A DNA stretch of 64,000 bases from NCBI GenBank assembly GCA_964016885.1, contig OZ024742.1, forward strand, positions 301,506,001 to 301,570,000, in the 5' to 3' direction. Below the pieces are notes generated by a model that was not told the origin of the DNA, made no database searches, and saw only the letters and a list, made by a program, of their open reading frames with translations. Shown in pieces: positions 23,936 to 36,957 of the stretch; position 1 is the stretch's first letter, and each line of letters begins with the position of its first letter. This DNA comes from Eledone cirrhosa. Taxonomy: Eukaryota. Both the position numbers and the translations under genes were made by a program.

Positions 23936-24003
23936 ATATATATATATATGTAATATATATATATATGTAATATATATATATATGTAATATATATATATAT
24001 GTA

Positions 24004-24035
<32 letters not shown>

Positions 24036-24152
24036 TATATATAATATATATATATATAATATATATATATATTATATATATGTGTATATATATATACATA
24101 TATATATATATATAATATATATATATATATTATATATATGTGTATATATATA

Positions 24153-24215
<63 letters not shown>
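23798..24215. repeat. (TA)n microsatellite; others at 22620-22775, 31892-32385 and 62894-63187
   Basis: Seen directly in the sequence. Confidence 0.95.
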
Positions 24216-24219
<4 letters not shown>

Positions 24220-24513
24220 AAATTAAATAAATGGAAACTATATTTATAAAACCATATTTATTTTATTATATATATTTCAAGGGTACCAAAAGACTTAGGT
24301 ACGCTTTCTTCAGATAAAATACAAAGTTTGTTTTATAAATAGAGACATACCCAGGAAAATCATACCTTATCAGTTGGATATTCTCTGGATAGTGGAAATG
24401 TATTAGGGATTTTTCAAACTTATGGGTGAATATGCAAATGAATATGTAAATAATTGAAAAACAACCGTTTATTTAAACGACTATGGAGAGAGAGAAGAGA
24501 AGAAGGACAAAAT

Positions 24514-24566
<53 letters not shown>

Positions 24567-25125
24567 AGAAGGAAAAAAAGCGAAGATGAATAAAAAAAAC
24601 TCATATAACGTGAATTTGAGGGAAATATATTCGGACAATTATGTATATATGTAAATATATATCATAATATTATGTGTATTTATATTAAAAGGATATTTTA
24701 CGATTATTAGTTGTTTAAAATTTGTTTATAATATAATTGTTTCTACTTTAGGCACAAGGCCAGCAATTACCCAGTGCTACTGGTACTTTATTTTATCAAC
24801 CCCGTAAGGATGAAAGGCAAAGTCAACCTCGGCGGGATTTGAACTCAGATCGTAAAGGGACATAACTATGCTGGAAAGCATGGCGTCCGACCCTCTACCG
24901 ATACTGCCAATCCAATACTTTTTCATTCGTTTATAAGTAGATAAATAAATAAATAGATGGGTATATCGTGTTATAGATAGTTGTTCTAATGAGTTATGAG
25001 GGATATTGGTTTTGTATTTTATGTAAATAAATATGTATTTAAAATTGAGAGTAATTTAAAATTAAATTTAATTAAATTAAATTAACTGAGTTAAGTAAGA
25101 ATATTTATATTATATGATTGAAAAG

Positions 25126-26379
25126 GGATCTTGTGGGGTTATTTATTAATAATACACTGCATAGAAAAATACCAGAGATGACCGGTGGTTTATATCGTGA
25201 TGATATGCTGCTTTTAATTGAAAATCATAGTAATTGGAAAATTAATAGGAAAAGAAAATCCATAATACAATTCTTCAATAACTACAACCTTAAGTTAGAA
25301 ATAGAGAATAACTATAAAATCGTTAACTTTTTAGACGTAACATTAAACCTTAGCACAGGGCTCTACTATCCATTCCATAAAATTAATGAGAATCTAAACT
25401 ATGTAAGTTTTAACTCTAATCATCCTAGATCTATCAAGAACACTATTGTCAATTGTGTCCAACAACGGATTTCACGCATCTCCGCTAATAAAAACATTTT
25501 TGATGATAAGGCTGAATATTATAATGAAGCTTTAAATAGAGCAGGGTATATAAATAAGATTAAATACATCGACAACAATAATAAGGCAAATCACCCTACT
25601 ATTAATTGTAATAATAATAAAAAATTTAACTTAAACTCTAAAACTAACAGAAGAACTAGAACTAGAAATATTATTTGGTATTCACCCCCATTCTCATTAA
25701 GCGTTAAAACACCTTAGCAAAGCTAATCTTTAAAGCACTAGACAAATGTTTTCCTAAAGCCCACAGATACCACTCAATCTTTAACAGACATACTATAAAA
25801 CTATTCTACTCTACTACTATGAACATAGCACAAAATATAAATAGAATTAATAATAGAAACTTAAATTTAAACCCTAACCAAAATAGCAGTAATAATTCTA
25901 GCAATATCCAACCTCATAGTACCGTTCCGAGCAACAACAACTCCGCAAAATGTAACTGTAGAATTAAATCAAACTGTCCTTTACAAAATAAGTGTTTAGA
26001 TAAAAACGTGGTCTATAAATGCACAGTTAAAACTAGTGATAATATATTTAACTATGTCGGTGCAACTTCTACAGAATTTAAAATTCGCTGGAATAACCAC
26101 AATTTTTCTCTCTGAAGATTTGATAAAAAATCTTCAACTTCTCTTTCAAACCTGATATGGAACTTAAAATGCAAGAATATAGACTATTCATTAGCTTGGG
26201 AAACAATTTCAAAAGCACCCGCGTACCGAAACACAGCTCTATCTAGATTCTTCAAATTGTGTATTGAGGAAATTTTTTATATACTTAACTGTAAAAACTC
26301 AATTAATCTAAGAACAAATTTATTTAATTCTTGTAGACATCACCAGAATTCAACATTCAGAACTATATATAACTTATAA
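25126..26379 (+). pseudogene. Penelope-like element (Naiad-type), 5'-truncated RT plus GIY-YIG, with one frameshift and one in-frame TGA
   Basis: DLVGLFI, GLYRDD, VNFLDVTL, SNHP, RNIIWYSPPFS, CNCR..CPL..CL..VVYKC, YVGAT, CIEE, SCRH. Confidence 0.85.
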
Positions 26380-26594
26380 TTATACTTATAATATTCCTAT
26401 TAATCTCCATAACAATCTCATCTACTTGGTTTTAATATATTGATATCTCTAAATCATAATATCTCTAACATTTGTTGTACTTCCACTTCTTAAAAATGTT
26501 CATATAATATATACGTATATAATTCTAATTTTTTTAAATTTTAATTTGAATAAATTTTTATTTCTTTAAAAATTACTTATTTCTTAAAAAATAA

Positions 26595-27581
26595 TCCACT
26601 AATACAAATACTGACCATAGGAACTCTTCTAGAACACAGCACATTATTATAAGTGAGAAGAAATTAACTAAAAGCCGCAAAAGAAACATAACATGGTACA
26701 ACGCACCCTTCAACCTGCAAACTATTGGACAAATCCCCCAAAAATTCTTCGAAATTCTACATAAACATTTTCCGCCAAACCACAGATACCACCAAATATT
26801 TAACAGGTATACTGTTAAATTCTCATACTCTACATCAAATAATCTCCAGCGGAAAATAAGCAACTACAACATTTATAAATTTAAAAATAAAAATAATTTG
26901 ACCACACCACCACAACATAATCTAAATAAGACTACATCTCTTAAAAGGACAAACAATACAATTCTTCGACCTGGAAAACACAACCACCCAAATCACCAAC
27001 ACAAAAACAGCATAACACAAAATCACAATACAACCCCAGCACTAAATCACCCACAAAGCAGCACTCATTTTCTCTCTAACATTAATTGCAATAAGAATAG
27101 CTTAAAGATTAATGAGAATTGTGTAGGTACCTCCAAAAACCATCTTACGTATGGTTGTAATTGCAGAAATAGAAGCGCTTGTCCCTTAAATGGAAACTGT
27201 TTGATTAATAATGTAATATATAAATGCACTGTGTCTATTAATAACTCCAACAAATCATATATAGGATCTACATCGAACACATTTAAGAAAATATATTACG
27301 CACACTCCAGTAGCTTTAACAATACTAAGCTAGCTAACACCACATCCTTAGCTGAAGCAGTAAATGAATATAAAAAGAAAGGAATAGATTTCAAACTATC
27401 GTGGAATACCATTCTACAAAGAACTCCATATCTTGGGAACAGGAGAGAATGCAGATTATGTTCCGGTGAGATCTTGGAAATTACTAAATCTAAAGACGAT
27501 TTATTGAATAAACGACAAGAACTGATTATAGTTTGTAATCACCGTATACGAAAAACATTTAAATACTATAAACCTAACTAA
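26595..27581 (+). CDS. Second Naiad-type linker plus GIY-YIG reading frame, uninterrupted, with no RT and no ATG
   Basis: Open from 26595: RKRNITWYNAPF, HFPPNHRYHQIFNR, CNCRNRSACPLNGNCL..VIYKC, YIGST, CRLC..E, LLNKRQE..CNH. Confidence 0.8.
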   Translation, partial: STNTNTDHRNSSRTQHIIISEKKLTKSRKRNITWYNAPFNLQTIGQIPQKFFEILHKHFPPNHRYHQIFNRYTVKFSYSTSNNLQRKISNYNIYKFKNKNNLTTPPQHNLNKTTSLKRTNNTILRPGKHNHPNHQHKNSITQNHNTTPALNHPQSSTHFLSNINCNKNSLKINENCVGTSKNHLTYGCNCRNRSACPLNGNCLINNVIYKCTVSINNSNKSYIGSTSNTFKKIYYAHSSSFNNTKLANTTSLAEAVNEYKKKGIDFKLSWNTILQRTPYLGNRRECRLCSGEILEITKSKDDLLNKRQELIIVCNHRIRKTFKYYKPN

Positions 27582-28142
27582 ACATTCTAGATAACAGCTC
27601 ACTATAGTTCTATGTGACGAACCTTTTTATTAATATCCCTTTCTCCTAAAATCTTTTAACCTTTGAATTTTTTAGCTTCCATAGATTCATGTGTTACTGA
27701 CTATTTTATTACATTATATTATATTAATATATTATTGTATTTAATTATCTTATTATAATTTTAATATTTTAATATACTATCCTTCCTAATTATGACCATT
27801 AACTTACCTATCTATATTTATTCTAGTTATTTCCGTATATCTCATATCTCTTTATTTATATTCACCTAAAAAAATCCATTCAACACAACTCAACATACAC
27901 ATTTTTTTTAAATTTCATTACACCAACTGCAATCCACTATTAATACAATCCCCTTTCTCTATAAGTAATTCTATTTTTAACACCTTTCAACCATTCCTTT
28001 AAAAAGGTCGTGACCTTAGCTGGAGTGGGTTTTATTTCGTCTTAGCATCATTTGGCAAAATACCATTTGATTGGTTTATTCTTCGGCAGCCTCCAAATAA
28101 GGTAATTAAACCCAATTTACTACTGATATTGAATAAAATTCT

Positions 28143-28284
28143 CATTGCTTTTGAGAACAGCTGATGATATACAAGTAGGTAAATATTCTACTTATCTGAT
28201 ATTTTGTAACTAACCTTACATAGATCGATAACGAAATATGCGTACGATGTATTATTATCACCTAGAAACGATCGTAAAGCAGTG
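28143..28284 (+). ncRNA. Degenerate hammerhead-like motif in the pLTR downstream of the GIY-YIG ORF
   Basis: CATTGCTT ... CTGATGA (28161) - ~97 nt - GAAAC-GATC-GTA-AAGCAGTG. Stem I is offset from the core by ~10 nt. Confidence 0.45.
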
Positions 28285-28368
28285 AAGTATTTTCCTAATG
28301 ACTTGAATTTTTATTTCATTGTTTTAACTTATATATATATATATATATATACATATATATATACACAC

Positions 28369-29427
28369 ACACACATACCACAATACATTTTCCCCTCCCT
28401 TGCACGTGTACATACACACACACACAGACTCGCACATATATTCTTACACATATGTATACATGTACACACATAAAAGAATGTACAAAAAATGCATGTAAGA
28501 AAAGCATATAAGGATACACATTGGGTTGTGCATGCAGACGGAGTTGATATTATGCTGCCAATGGGGATGAATCCGCGTATAGACACCTCAAGCAAGGCTA
28601 CATATGGGGAGTTCATGGTATTAACGTAAAGGGTATGCCCAGACCGTATATAGTAGATGTTTGTATGATATATAAAAGAATGTATGCAGAATATATTTTT
28701 TTTTAAATAAATAAATAAAATTTTTTTAAATTAAAAATATATAAAGAATGCATAAAAAATGTATATGTATATATAAAAAGATATATAAAAAAATATATAT
28801 TAAAAAAAATATATATATTAAAAAAAATACATACATCTGAATTATATAAGAAAAGTATACAAAGATATACATTGGTCTGTACATGGAAAAATACATGGGG
28901 TGTTACGTAATGGAGTCCGTGGAGAATATGCACATACCACTGAAAAAATACACATGCAGGGAGTGTGTGAACAGGCCATAAAGGAGCATGTCACTGAGGG
29001 TGATATAGAGTGCCTTATTGATGTATGGTACGAGACCGTCTATCCGTGGAAGTTGAGCCACCGTGTCCCGGCTCATGCGATGTCGTTGCCTAGGATGACG
29101 TGCCGAGTCCGATAGGCAGCATAGGCTGCGTCGACTTACCCCACAGGGCATACATAGTCAACCAGGTATGGTGTCTGAACTCTCCATATGTAGCCTTGCT
29201 TGAGGTGTCTATACGCGGATTCATCCACGTTGGCAGCATAATATCAACTCCGTCTGCATGCACAATGTGTATGCTTATATGCTCTTCTTACATGTATTGT
29301 TTGTACATTCTTTTATGTGTGTGTAGATGTGTGTACATGTATACATATGTGTAAGAATATATGTGCGGGTCTGTGTGTGTGTGTGTATGCACATGTGCAG
29401 GGCGGGGATGTATTGTGGTATGTGTGT
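28369..29427. mobile_element. Unclassified fold-back element with ~250-bp inverted arms
   Basis: Arms 28369-28615 and 29176-29427 are reverse complements. Confidence 0.65.
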
Positions 29428-30748
29428 ATCATCATCATCATCATCATCATCAACGTTTAACGTCCGTGTTCCACGCTTGCATGGGTTTGGACGGGGGTAG
29501 TCCCACTTGAGGCAAGAGTGATTGTCTTGCTCGCATAGGACTGTCTGGCAGGTTTTCTACAGTTGGATGCCCTTCCTAACACCAACCACATTTACAGTGT
29601 GGGTCTGGGAGGTTTTTACCGTGTTGCCTACACGGCCACATTACAGCGTGGACTGTGTGTTTTTTTGTCGTGACACCTACACAATCTCATTTGTTTCGGC
29701 CTGGACGGTGTGGCACCAACACAACTTTACATAGAACGGGGTGGCGTGGATGGGTTGGGGGTGGTGGGACGGGGGGGTATTTTGTTAGCGATGCCTACTG
29801 GCTGTAGTAGGTTTTACTATGTATTTAGGTAAGGCGGGTCTTCTCTGTTACTGAGTACCGCCAAAGGTCTCGGTCCAGTGACATTGTCTTGGAGAGGTGT
29901 AAGTGTGTGAGGTCGGAGTTTATCAGCTCGTCCCAGGTTTTTCTAGGTCTGCCTATTCCGTGGCTACCGTCTATCTTTATTGCCCTGCACTTTGTTATAC
30001 AGCTATCGACTTTCATGCGCATCACGTGTCCATACCAACGTAGCCTTCTCTCGAGTAAACAACATCTGATCCCTCTTATTTCTAATTTTTTCCTTAGTTC
30101 ATTTATGCTTTGCTGTTCACGTATATTACTGTTACACATCCAGCGGAGCATGCAAGCTTCGTTCCTCTCTAGTCTGCGTATATCCTCTGCACACAATTCC
30201 CAGGTCTCACTGCCATGCAACATTGCTGTTCGTATGCAGGCATCGTACAACCTGCCTTTCATTTTTAGGGAGAACCCTTTAGCAGCTAATAGTGGTATAA
30301 GCTCTCTGAACTTTTTCCAACCAGTTCTGACTCTAGCTACTGTACTTTCAGAGCACCCTCCCCCACTGCTGATTTTATCACCCAGGTAACGGAAACTGTC
30401 CACTATTTCTATAGAACCCTCTGCGCAATTGAAAGAGCTAGTATTTTGTGGGCACTTGCTGCTACTTATTGCACCAGAGCACCGGCCACATGTAAAATCT
30501 ATGTTCTTAGTTAGCTTACCTGTGATCCCACTACATCTTTTATGCACCCATACTTTGCATTTAGGACATAAAATGGAGTTTCTACCTACGCCTTTCCTAC
30601 ACACCGAGCACGACCATTTCCCAGAAGGGACCGCCGCCTTATTTTCTTTCCTACAAACTAGAACTTTAGTCTTAGCCAGGTTAATTTTAAGGCCTTTTGA
30701 TTCTAGGCAGTGCTTCCATGTTTGGAATTTCTTCTCTAGCTCGGCCAT
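29428..30748 (-). mobile_element. RTE family 1, 5'-truncated copy
   Basis: ORF 29825-30748 (PHD-like finger, RLRWYGHV), 3' UTR and (TGA)n tail. Confidence 0.9.
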
Positions 30749-30753
30749 ATATA

Positions 30754-31891
30754 TCATCATCATCATCATCATCATCAACGTTTAACGTCCGTGTTCCACG
30801 CGTGCATGGGTTTGGACGGGGGTAGTCCCACTTGAGGCAAGAGTGATTGTCTTGCTCGCATAGGACTGTCTGGCAGGTTTTCTACAGTTGGATGCCCTTC
30901 CTAACACCAACCACATTTACAGTGTGGGACTGGGAGGTTTTTACCGTGTTGCCTACACAGCCACATTACAGCGTGGACTGTGTGTTTTTTTGTCGTGACA
31001 CCTACACGATCTCATTTGTTTCGGCCTGGATGGCGCGGCACCAACATAACTTTACATAGAACGGGGTGGTGTGGATGGGGTGGGGGTGGTGGCGGGACGG
31101 GGTGTATTTTGTTAGAGATGCCTACTGGCAAGGCGGGTCTTCTCTGTTACTGAGTACCGCCAAAGGTCTCGGTCCAGTGACATTGTCTTGAAGAGGTGTA
31201 AGTGTGTGAGGTCGGAGTTTATCAGCTCATCCCAGGTTTTTCTAGGTCTGCCTATTCCGTGGCTACCGTCTATCTTTATTGCCCTGCACTTTGTTATACA
31301 GCTATCGACTTTCATGCGCATCACGTGTCCATACCAACGCAGCCTTCTCTCGAGTAAACAACATCTGATTCCTCTTATCTCTAATTTTTTCCTTAGTTCG
31401 TTTATGCTTTGCCGTTCACGTATATTACTGTTACACATCCAGCGGAGCATGCAAGCTTCGTTCCTCTCTAGTCTGCGTATATCCTCTGCACACAATGCCC
31501 AGGTCTCACTACCATGCAACATTGCTGTTCGTATGCAGGCATCGTACAACCTGCCTTTCATTTTTAGGGAGAACCCTTTAGCAGCTAATAGTGGTATAAG
31601 CTCTCTGAACTTTTTCCAACCAGTTCTGACTCTAGCTACAGTACTTTCAGAGCACCCTCCCCCACTGCTGATTTTATCGCCCAGGTAACGGAAGCTGTCC
31701 ACTATTTCTATAGAACCCTCTGCGCAATTGAAAGAGCTAATATTTTGTGGGCACTTGCTGCTACTTATTGCACCAGAACACCGGCCACATGTAAAATCTA
31801 TGTTCTTAGTTAGCTTACCTGTGATCCCACTACATCTTTTATGCACCCATACTTTGCATTTAGGACATAAAATGGAGTTTCTACCTACGCC
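30754..31891 (-). mobile_element. RTE family 1, 5'-truncated copy in tandem with the previous one
   Basis: Near-identical to 29428-30590, with a small deletion around the stop codon. Confidence 0.9.
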
Positions 31892-31897
31892 TATATA

Positions 31898-31962
<65 letters not shown>

Positions 31963-32074
31963 TTGTATGTGTATATGTATGTGTGTGTGTATATATGTAT
32001 GTGTATGTATATGTGCGTGTGTGTATATGTATACGTGTGTGTAGACGTATGTGTGTATACGTGTGTGTGGGTCG

Positions 32075-32150
<76 letters not shown>

Positions 32151-32382
32151 ATGTGTATGTGTGTATATATGCATATGTATGTGCAGATGTGCATATGTGT
32201 TTGCGTAAATGTATTTATGTGTATATATATCTGTGAGTGTATGTGTACATATATGTACGGGTGCGTACGTATGTGTGTGTGTGTGTGTGTGCATGTATAT
32301 ATACAGGTGCGTGTATGTGTGTGTCTGTGTATATGCGTGCGTATATAAACACGCGTGTGTGCCTCTCTGTGGGCATGTATGC

Positions 32383-33160
32383 GTATGGCAGTGAGACATG
32401 GGCATTGTCTGCAGAGGATCTGCGCAGACTGGAGAGGAACGAAGCATGCATGCTCCGCTGGATGTGTAATAGTAATATACATGAATAGCAAAGCATAAAG
32501 GAACTAAGTGAGAAATTAGGTATAAGAGGGATCAGATGCTGTTTACCCGAGAGAAGACTGTTGGTATGGTTACGTGATGCGCATGAAAGACGACAGCTGT
32601 ATAAAAAAGTGCACGGCGATCAAAATTGACAGAAGTTACGGAGTAGGTAGACCCAGAAAAACCTAGACCTTACACACTTACACCTCTCCAAGACAATGTC
32701 GCTGGACCGAGATCTTTGGCGCTACACAGTAATATAGAAAACCCGCCTTGCCTAAGTACAAAGTGAAACCTACAGTCAGTAGGCACCTCTTAATCAAACA
32801 TACAGCCCCCTCCCACTAACCCAACTCCCCCACCCCCATCAACACCACCCCTTTTTCTGTAAATTTATGTTGGTACCACAACATCCAGTCCTAAATAAAT
32901 GAGGTCGTGTAGGTGTCACAACAAAAAAAACACACAGTCCATGCTGTAATGTGGCCGTGTAGGTAACACGGTAAAAACCTCCCAGTCCACACTGTAAACG
33001 TGGTTGATGTTAGGAAGGGCTTCCAGCCATAGAAAACCTGCCAGACAGTCCCATACGAGCGAGACAACCAATCTTGCCTCAAGTGGGACAATTCCCATCT
33101 AAACCCATGCTAGCATGGAAGATAGACGTTAAACGATAATGATGATGATGATGATGATGA
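32383..33160 (+). mobile_element. RTE family 1, 3' fragment
   Basis: [20 protein letters not shown], 3' UTR and (TGA)n tail. Confidence 0.85.
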
Positions 33161-33209
33161 TACATATATATATATATATATTTGTATATAATATATATAT
33201 AATATATAT

Positions 33210-33770
33210 AGTAATAATAATAAATTTAAAGACAAAAATCTAAAGAGGGGTCGATAAGGATAAATATATATCAAATATATAAGAACCGTAGAGCAAATAT
33301 TTATTAGAATAACAGATTAAAGTTTAAGCAAAGAATCGCTGCTTTCACCCTTAACGGGATCTTCTGAAACTAAAAATATCAATCTCAGATTGATCATTTT
33401 AGTTAAGGGTGAAAGCAGCGATTCTTTGCTTAAACTTTAATCTGTTATTTTAATAAATATAATATATAGCAGGCGGGTAGCGATCTCTAGACCTACCAGT
33501 TCAGAGAAACAATTGTCAGCAAAGTGATTAAAAACCTTTTTTTGTATAGCAGACTGTGTCACTCTTCTTTCTTGATTTATCATTACTCCAAGTGTAAACA
33601 ACATAGAAATCACCGCGTCTCGCAGCACCACTATGGAAACGCCTTGTTGAGTCAAACTTAGCCAAGCGTTGACACAATCCACTACTCGGAGTACCCTAAC
33701 TGGACTACACCTAAGTGGACCACCTATAACAATAATCTGTTATCCCGTATATATATATATATAAAATATG

Positions 33771-33810
<40 letters not shown>

Positions 33811-33964
33811 CATATTTATTAAAAGGGTGAAAGCAGCAATTCTTTGCTTAAACTTTAATCTGTTATTTTAATAAATATTTGCTCTAGGGTTCTTATATAT
33901 TTGATATATATTTATCCTTATCGAGCCCTCTTTGGATTTTAGTCTTCACATTTATTATTATTAC

Positions 33965-33966
<2 letters not shown>
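33210..33966. repeat. Nested inverted repeats of an AT-rich family (probable Penelope pLTR); further copies at 63228-63310 and 63653-63845
   Basis: Arms 33297-33355/33402-33460 and 33210-33352/33823-33966. Confidence 0.65.
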
Positions 33967-34031
<65 letters not shown>

Positions 34032-34135
34032 TAAGTTATTCCGGGTTGAATCGGAGGTAACCACAGTAAGTAAGGTACTCAATACATAGCAGAGTATAAA
34101 AGTTTTAATATAGATGAGATTCTCATCCATATTAA

Positions 34136-34198
<63 letters not shown>

Positions 34199-34268
34199 AG
34201 TAAGTAAGACCCCAACGGCTGAGCTCAAGCCGTTTCGACGGCTAATTCTGTACTCACTTTTCCTTCGC

Positions 34269-34297
<29 letters not shown>

Positions 34298-34299
<2 letters not shown>

Positions 34300-36673
34300 A
34301 AACACAAAAGCCTTCCCTAGTGAGGAATGTACATCCCAACATAGCTTAGTTGTCAGCGACCTCACGGTCAGAACTAGACGAGCCCTGAAACAGAGGCCAA
34401 CCTGGAGAAGAAAGATCTGGAAGCTGAAAGTCCCCTCAACCAGTAACAGATTTAAAGATATTTTACTCAACGCCTACGACAGTAAAGAAGAACAGATAGA
34501 GACATTTAACGTAGAAGAGAACTGGGAGTTCCTAAAAAATAACTTACTAGAGGCGACGGATGAGGTTTGTGGCTGGAGTAAGACCTCAAGCAGGAGGAGA
34601 GTGACTTGGTGGTGGAACAATAAGGTAGATGAAGCAGTCAAGGCCAAGAGACAGGCATGGAAAGAATGGAAGAACGGGGGGAGCAGGGTACATTACATAG
34701 AGACCAAGAGGGAAGCTAGGCGACAAGTATACTTGGCTAGGAGGGAAGCAGAGGATAGAAAATTCAAGCATGTTTTACAACGTGAGGACCAGAAACAGGA
34801 GGTATTCAAGATTGCGAGGCAGTGTGTCAGAGATAGTTGTGATGTCATTGGAGAGAAGTGTATCCGGAATGATAAAGGTGAGCTTGCCCTCACAAGTGCT
34901 GAGAAGAAAGATGCATGGAAGAGTCATTATGATAGATTACTAAATGAGGAGAATGCATGGGAAGAAGAGACCCTACCCCACGTAGACCCTATAGAGGGAC
35001 CAGCAGTACAAGTCAGCGGCAGCGTAGTAAGTAAGGCAATCAGAGATATGAAGATAGGGAAGGCAACCGGTCCATCGGGTATAGCTGCCGAGATGCTGAA
35101 GGCATCTGGGTCTGTAGGTCACACTATAACCACACGTATCGTTAACCAGGTAATACTAGAGGGGGCCATACCAAAAGATTGGTGCAGTAGCATCATTGTC
35201 AACTGCTACAAAGGTAAAGGCGATGCACTAGATAGAGGAAACTATAGAGGTATAAAGTTGATGGACCAGGTCATGAAAGTAACAGAAAGAGTTATAGCAC
35301 AGCTGATTAGGGACCGGGTGAATATAGACGAGATGCAATTTGGGTTTGTTCCAGGGAAAGGCACCACTGATGCGCTCTTCCTTGTGAGGCAATTACAGGA
35401 AAAGTACCTAGCTAAAAGTAAGCCACTCTACTTGGCATTTGTCGACCTTGAGAAAGCCTTTGACAGAGTTCCACGTGCAGTAATCTGGTGGGCTCTTAGA
35501 AAACTAGGAGTAGATGAATGGCTTGTGAAAGCGGTACAAGCCATGTATAGGGGAGCAGTCAGCAAAGTTAGGATTGGCAATGAGTATAGCGAGGAATTTA
35601 GCGTACAGGTTGGGGTCCACCAGGGCTCTGTTCTTAGCCCTCTCCTGTTCATCATAGTCCTGCAGGCAATAACGGAGGAGTTTAAGACCGGATGCCCATG
35701 GGAACTCCTGTATGCTGATGACCTCGCACTCATAGCTGAATCTATGGTAGAACTAGAGAATAAATTCCAAACCTGGAAGCAGGGACTAGAGAGAAAGGGC
35801 CTCAAAGTCAACATGACAAAGACTAAGGTCCTTATAAGTAGACGAGAAAACAGAACCCAGATCCCCTCAGGGAAATGGCCTTGCTCAGTATGTAGGAAAG
35901 GTGTAGGTAGGAACTCCATTCTTTGCCCCAAATGCAAACAATGGGTACACAAGAGATGTAGCGGGATCTCAGGAAGCTTAATTAAGAATGTAGGATTCAC
36001 ATGCAGCAGCTGTGCTGAAACAGCAAGCAAACAGCCACAGGAAACAAGTACCACCAATCTCTGGGAGGGCCCTGTAGAAACAGTAGACAGCTTCTGCTAC
36101 CTAGGTGACCGAATTAGCAACGGAGGTGGGTGCTCAGAAAGTACAATAACTAGGGTAAGAACGGGATGGAAGAAGTTTAGGGAACTACTACCACTGCTAG
36201 CTGCAAAAGGCTTCTCCCTCAGAATGAAAGGCAGACTGTATGATGCGTGTATCCGAACAGCGATGTTGCATGGTAGTGAGACCTGGGCGCTGAAGGTGGA
36301 AGACTTACGTAGATTAGAGAGAAACGAAGCCTGCATGCTCCGATGGATGTGTAACAGTAATATACGTGAACGACAAAGCATAAATGAATTGAGAGAGAGA
36401 CTGAGCATAAGAGGAATCAAATGCTGCGTGCAGGAGAGGCGGTTACGCTGGTATGGACATGTGATGCGTATGAAGGATGACAGCTGCATAAAAAGGTGCA
36501 GAGCACTAGAAGTTGATGGAAACCGCGGAGTGGGGAGACCCAAGATGACTTGGGATGAGGTGATAAAAGCCGACCTTACCCAACTACACCTCTCAAAGTC
36601 AATGACACACGACCGTGACTTCTGGCGTCACGCAGTAATACAGGGTACCCGACCTCCCATGGGTACATGCTGA
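34298..36673 (+). CDS. RTE family 2 ORF, 5'-truncated within the APE domain, otherwise uninterrupted (RT and PHD-like finger)
   Basis: Open from 34298 (QHSLVVSDL) to TGA at 36673. RT motifs as in family 1; CSVC..CPKC..HKRC..CSSC at 35882-36013. Confidence 0.93.
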
Positions 36674-36957
36674 AGCATATAAACAATATGCCCCCCCCCC
36701 CCACCGCAAGGTGGTCGTGGAGGTGCCACGGCAAAAAAGCACCCAGCCCACACTGTAAAGTGGACGTGTAGGCGCCACGAAAAAGCACCCAGCACTCACT
36801 GTAAATGAGGTTGGTGTTAGGAAGGGCATCCAGCTGTAGAAATCAAGCCAGATCAGTTCCTGTATGAGCAAGGCATGGTCAGCCGACCAGACACTGCCCA
36901 CAACAGGACAACCCGTCTAACCCATGCTAGCGTGGAAGAACGGACGTAAAACGGTGA

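Noticed and set aside
26113-26115. In-frame TGA in a Naiad-type ORF as possible selenocysteine
   Set aside because: It falls at an Arg-like position after H..S(F/L), not at a conserved Cys. The copy is also frameshifted, so a CGA->TGA change is simpler.
29130-29245. VDES...GYIW peptide resembling a bacterial IS66 transposase motif
   Set aside because: It is too short, is flanked by stops and has no other IS features; horizontal transfer cannot be supported.
29889-30785. Recurrent antisense ORFs over RTE copies (also 35428-36543 and 56275-56928)
   Set aside because: These are shadows of the RTE coding strand, repeated only because the element is repeated.
33330-33366. Hammerhead-like CAGAAGA-TCCC/GGGT-GAAA on the minus strand
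   Set aside because: The core is mismatched and stems I and III are unconvincing; kept only as part of the inverted-repeat feature.
34212-34240. GAAAC-GGCT..AGCC-GTT hairpin on the minus strand
   Set aside because: Only a possible stem III half is present, with no CUGANGA box before the (TA)n break.
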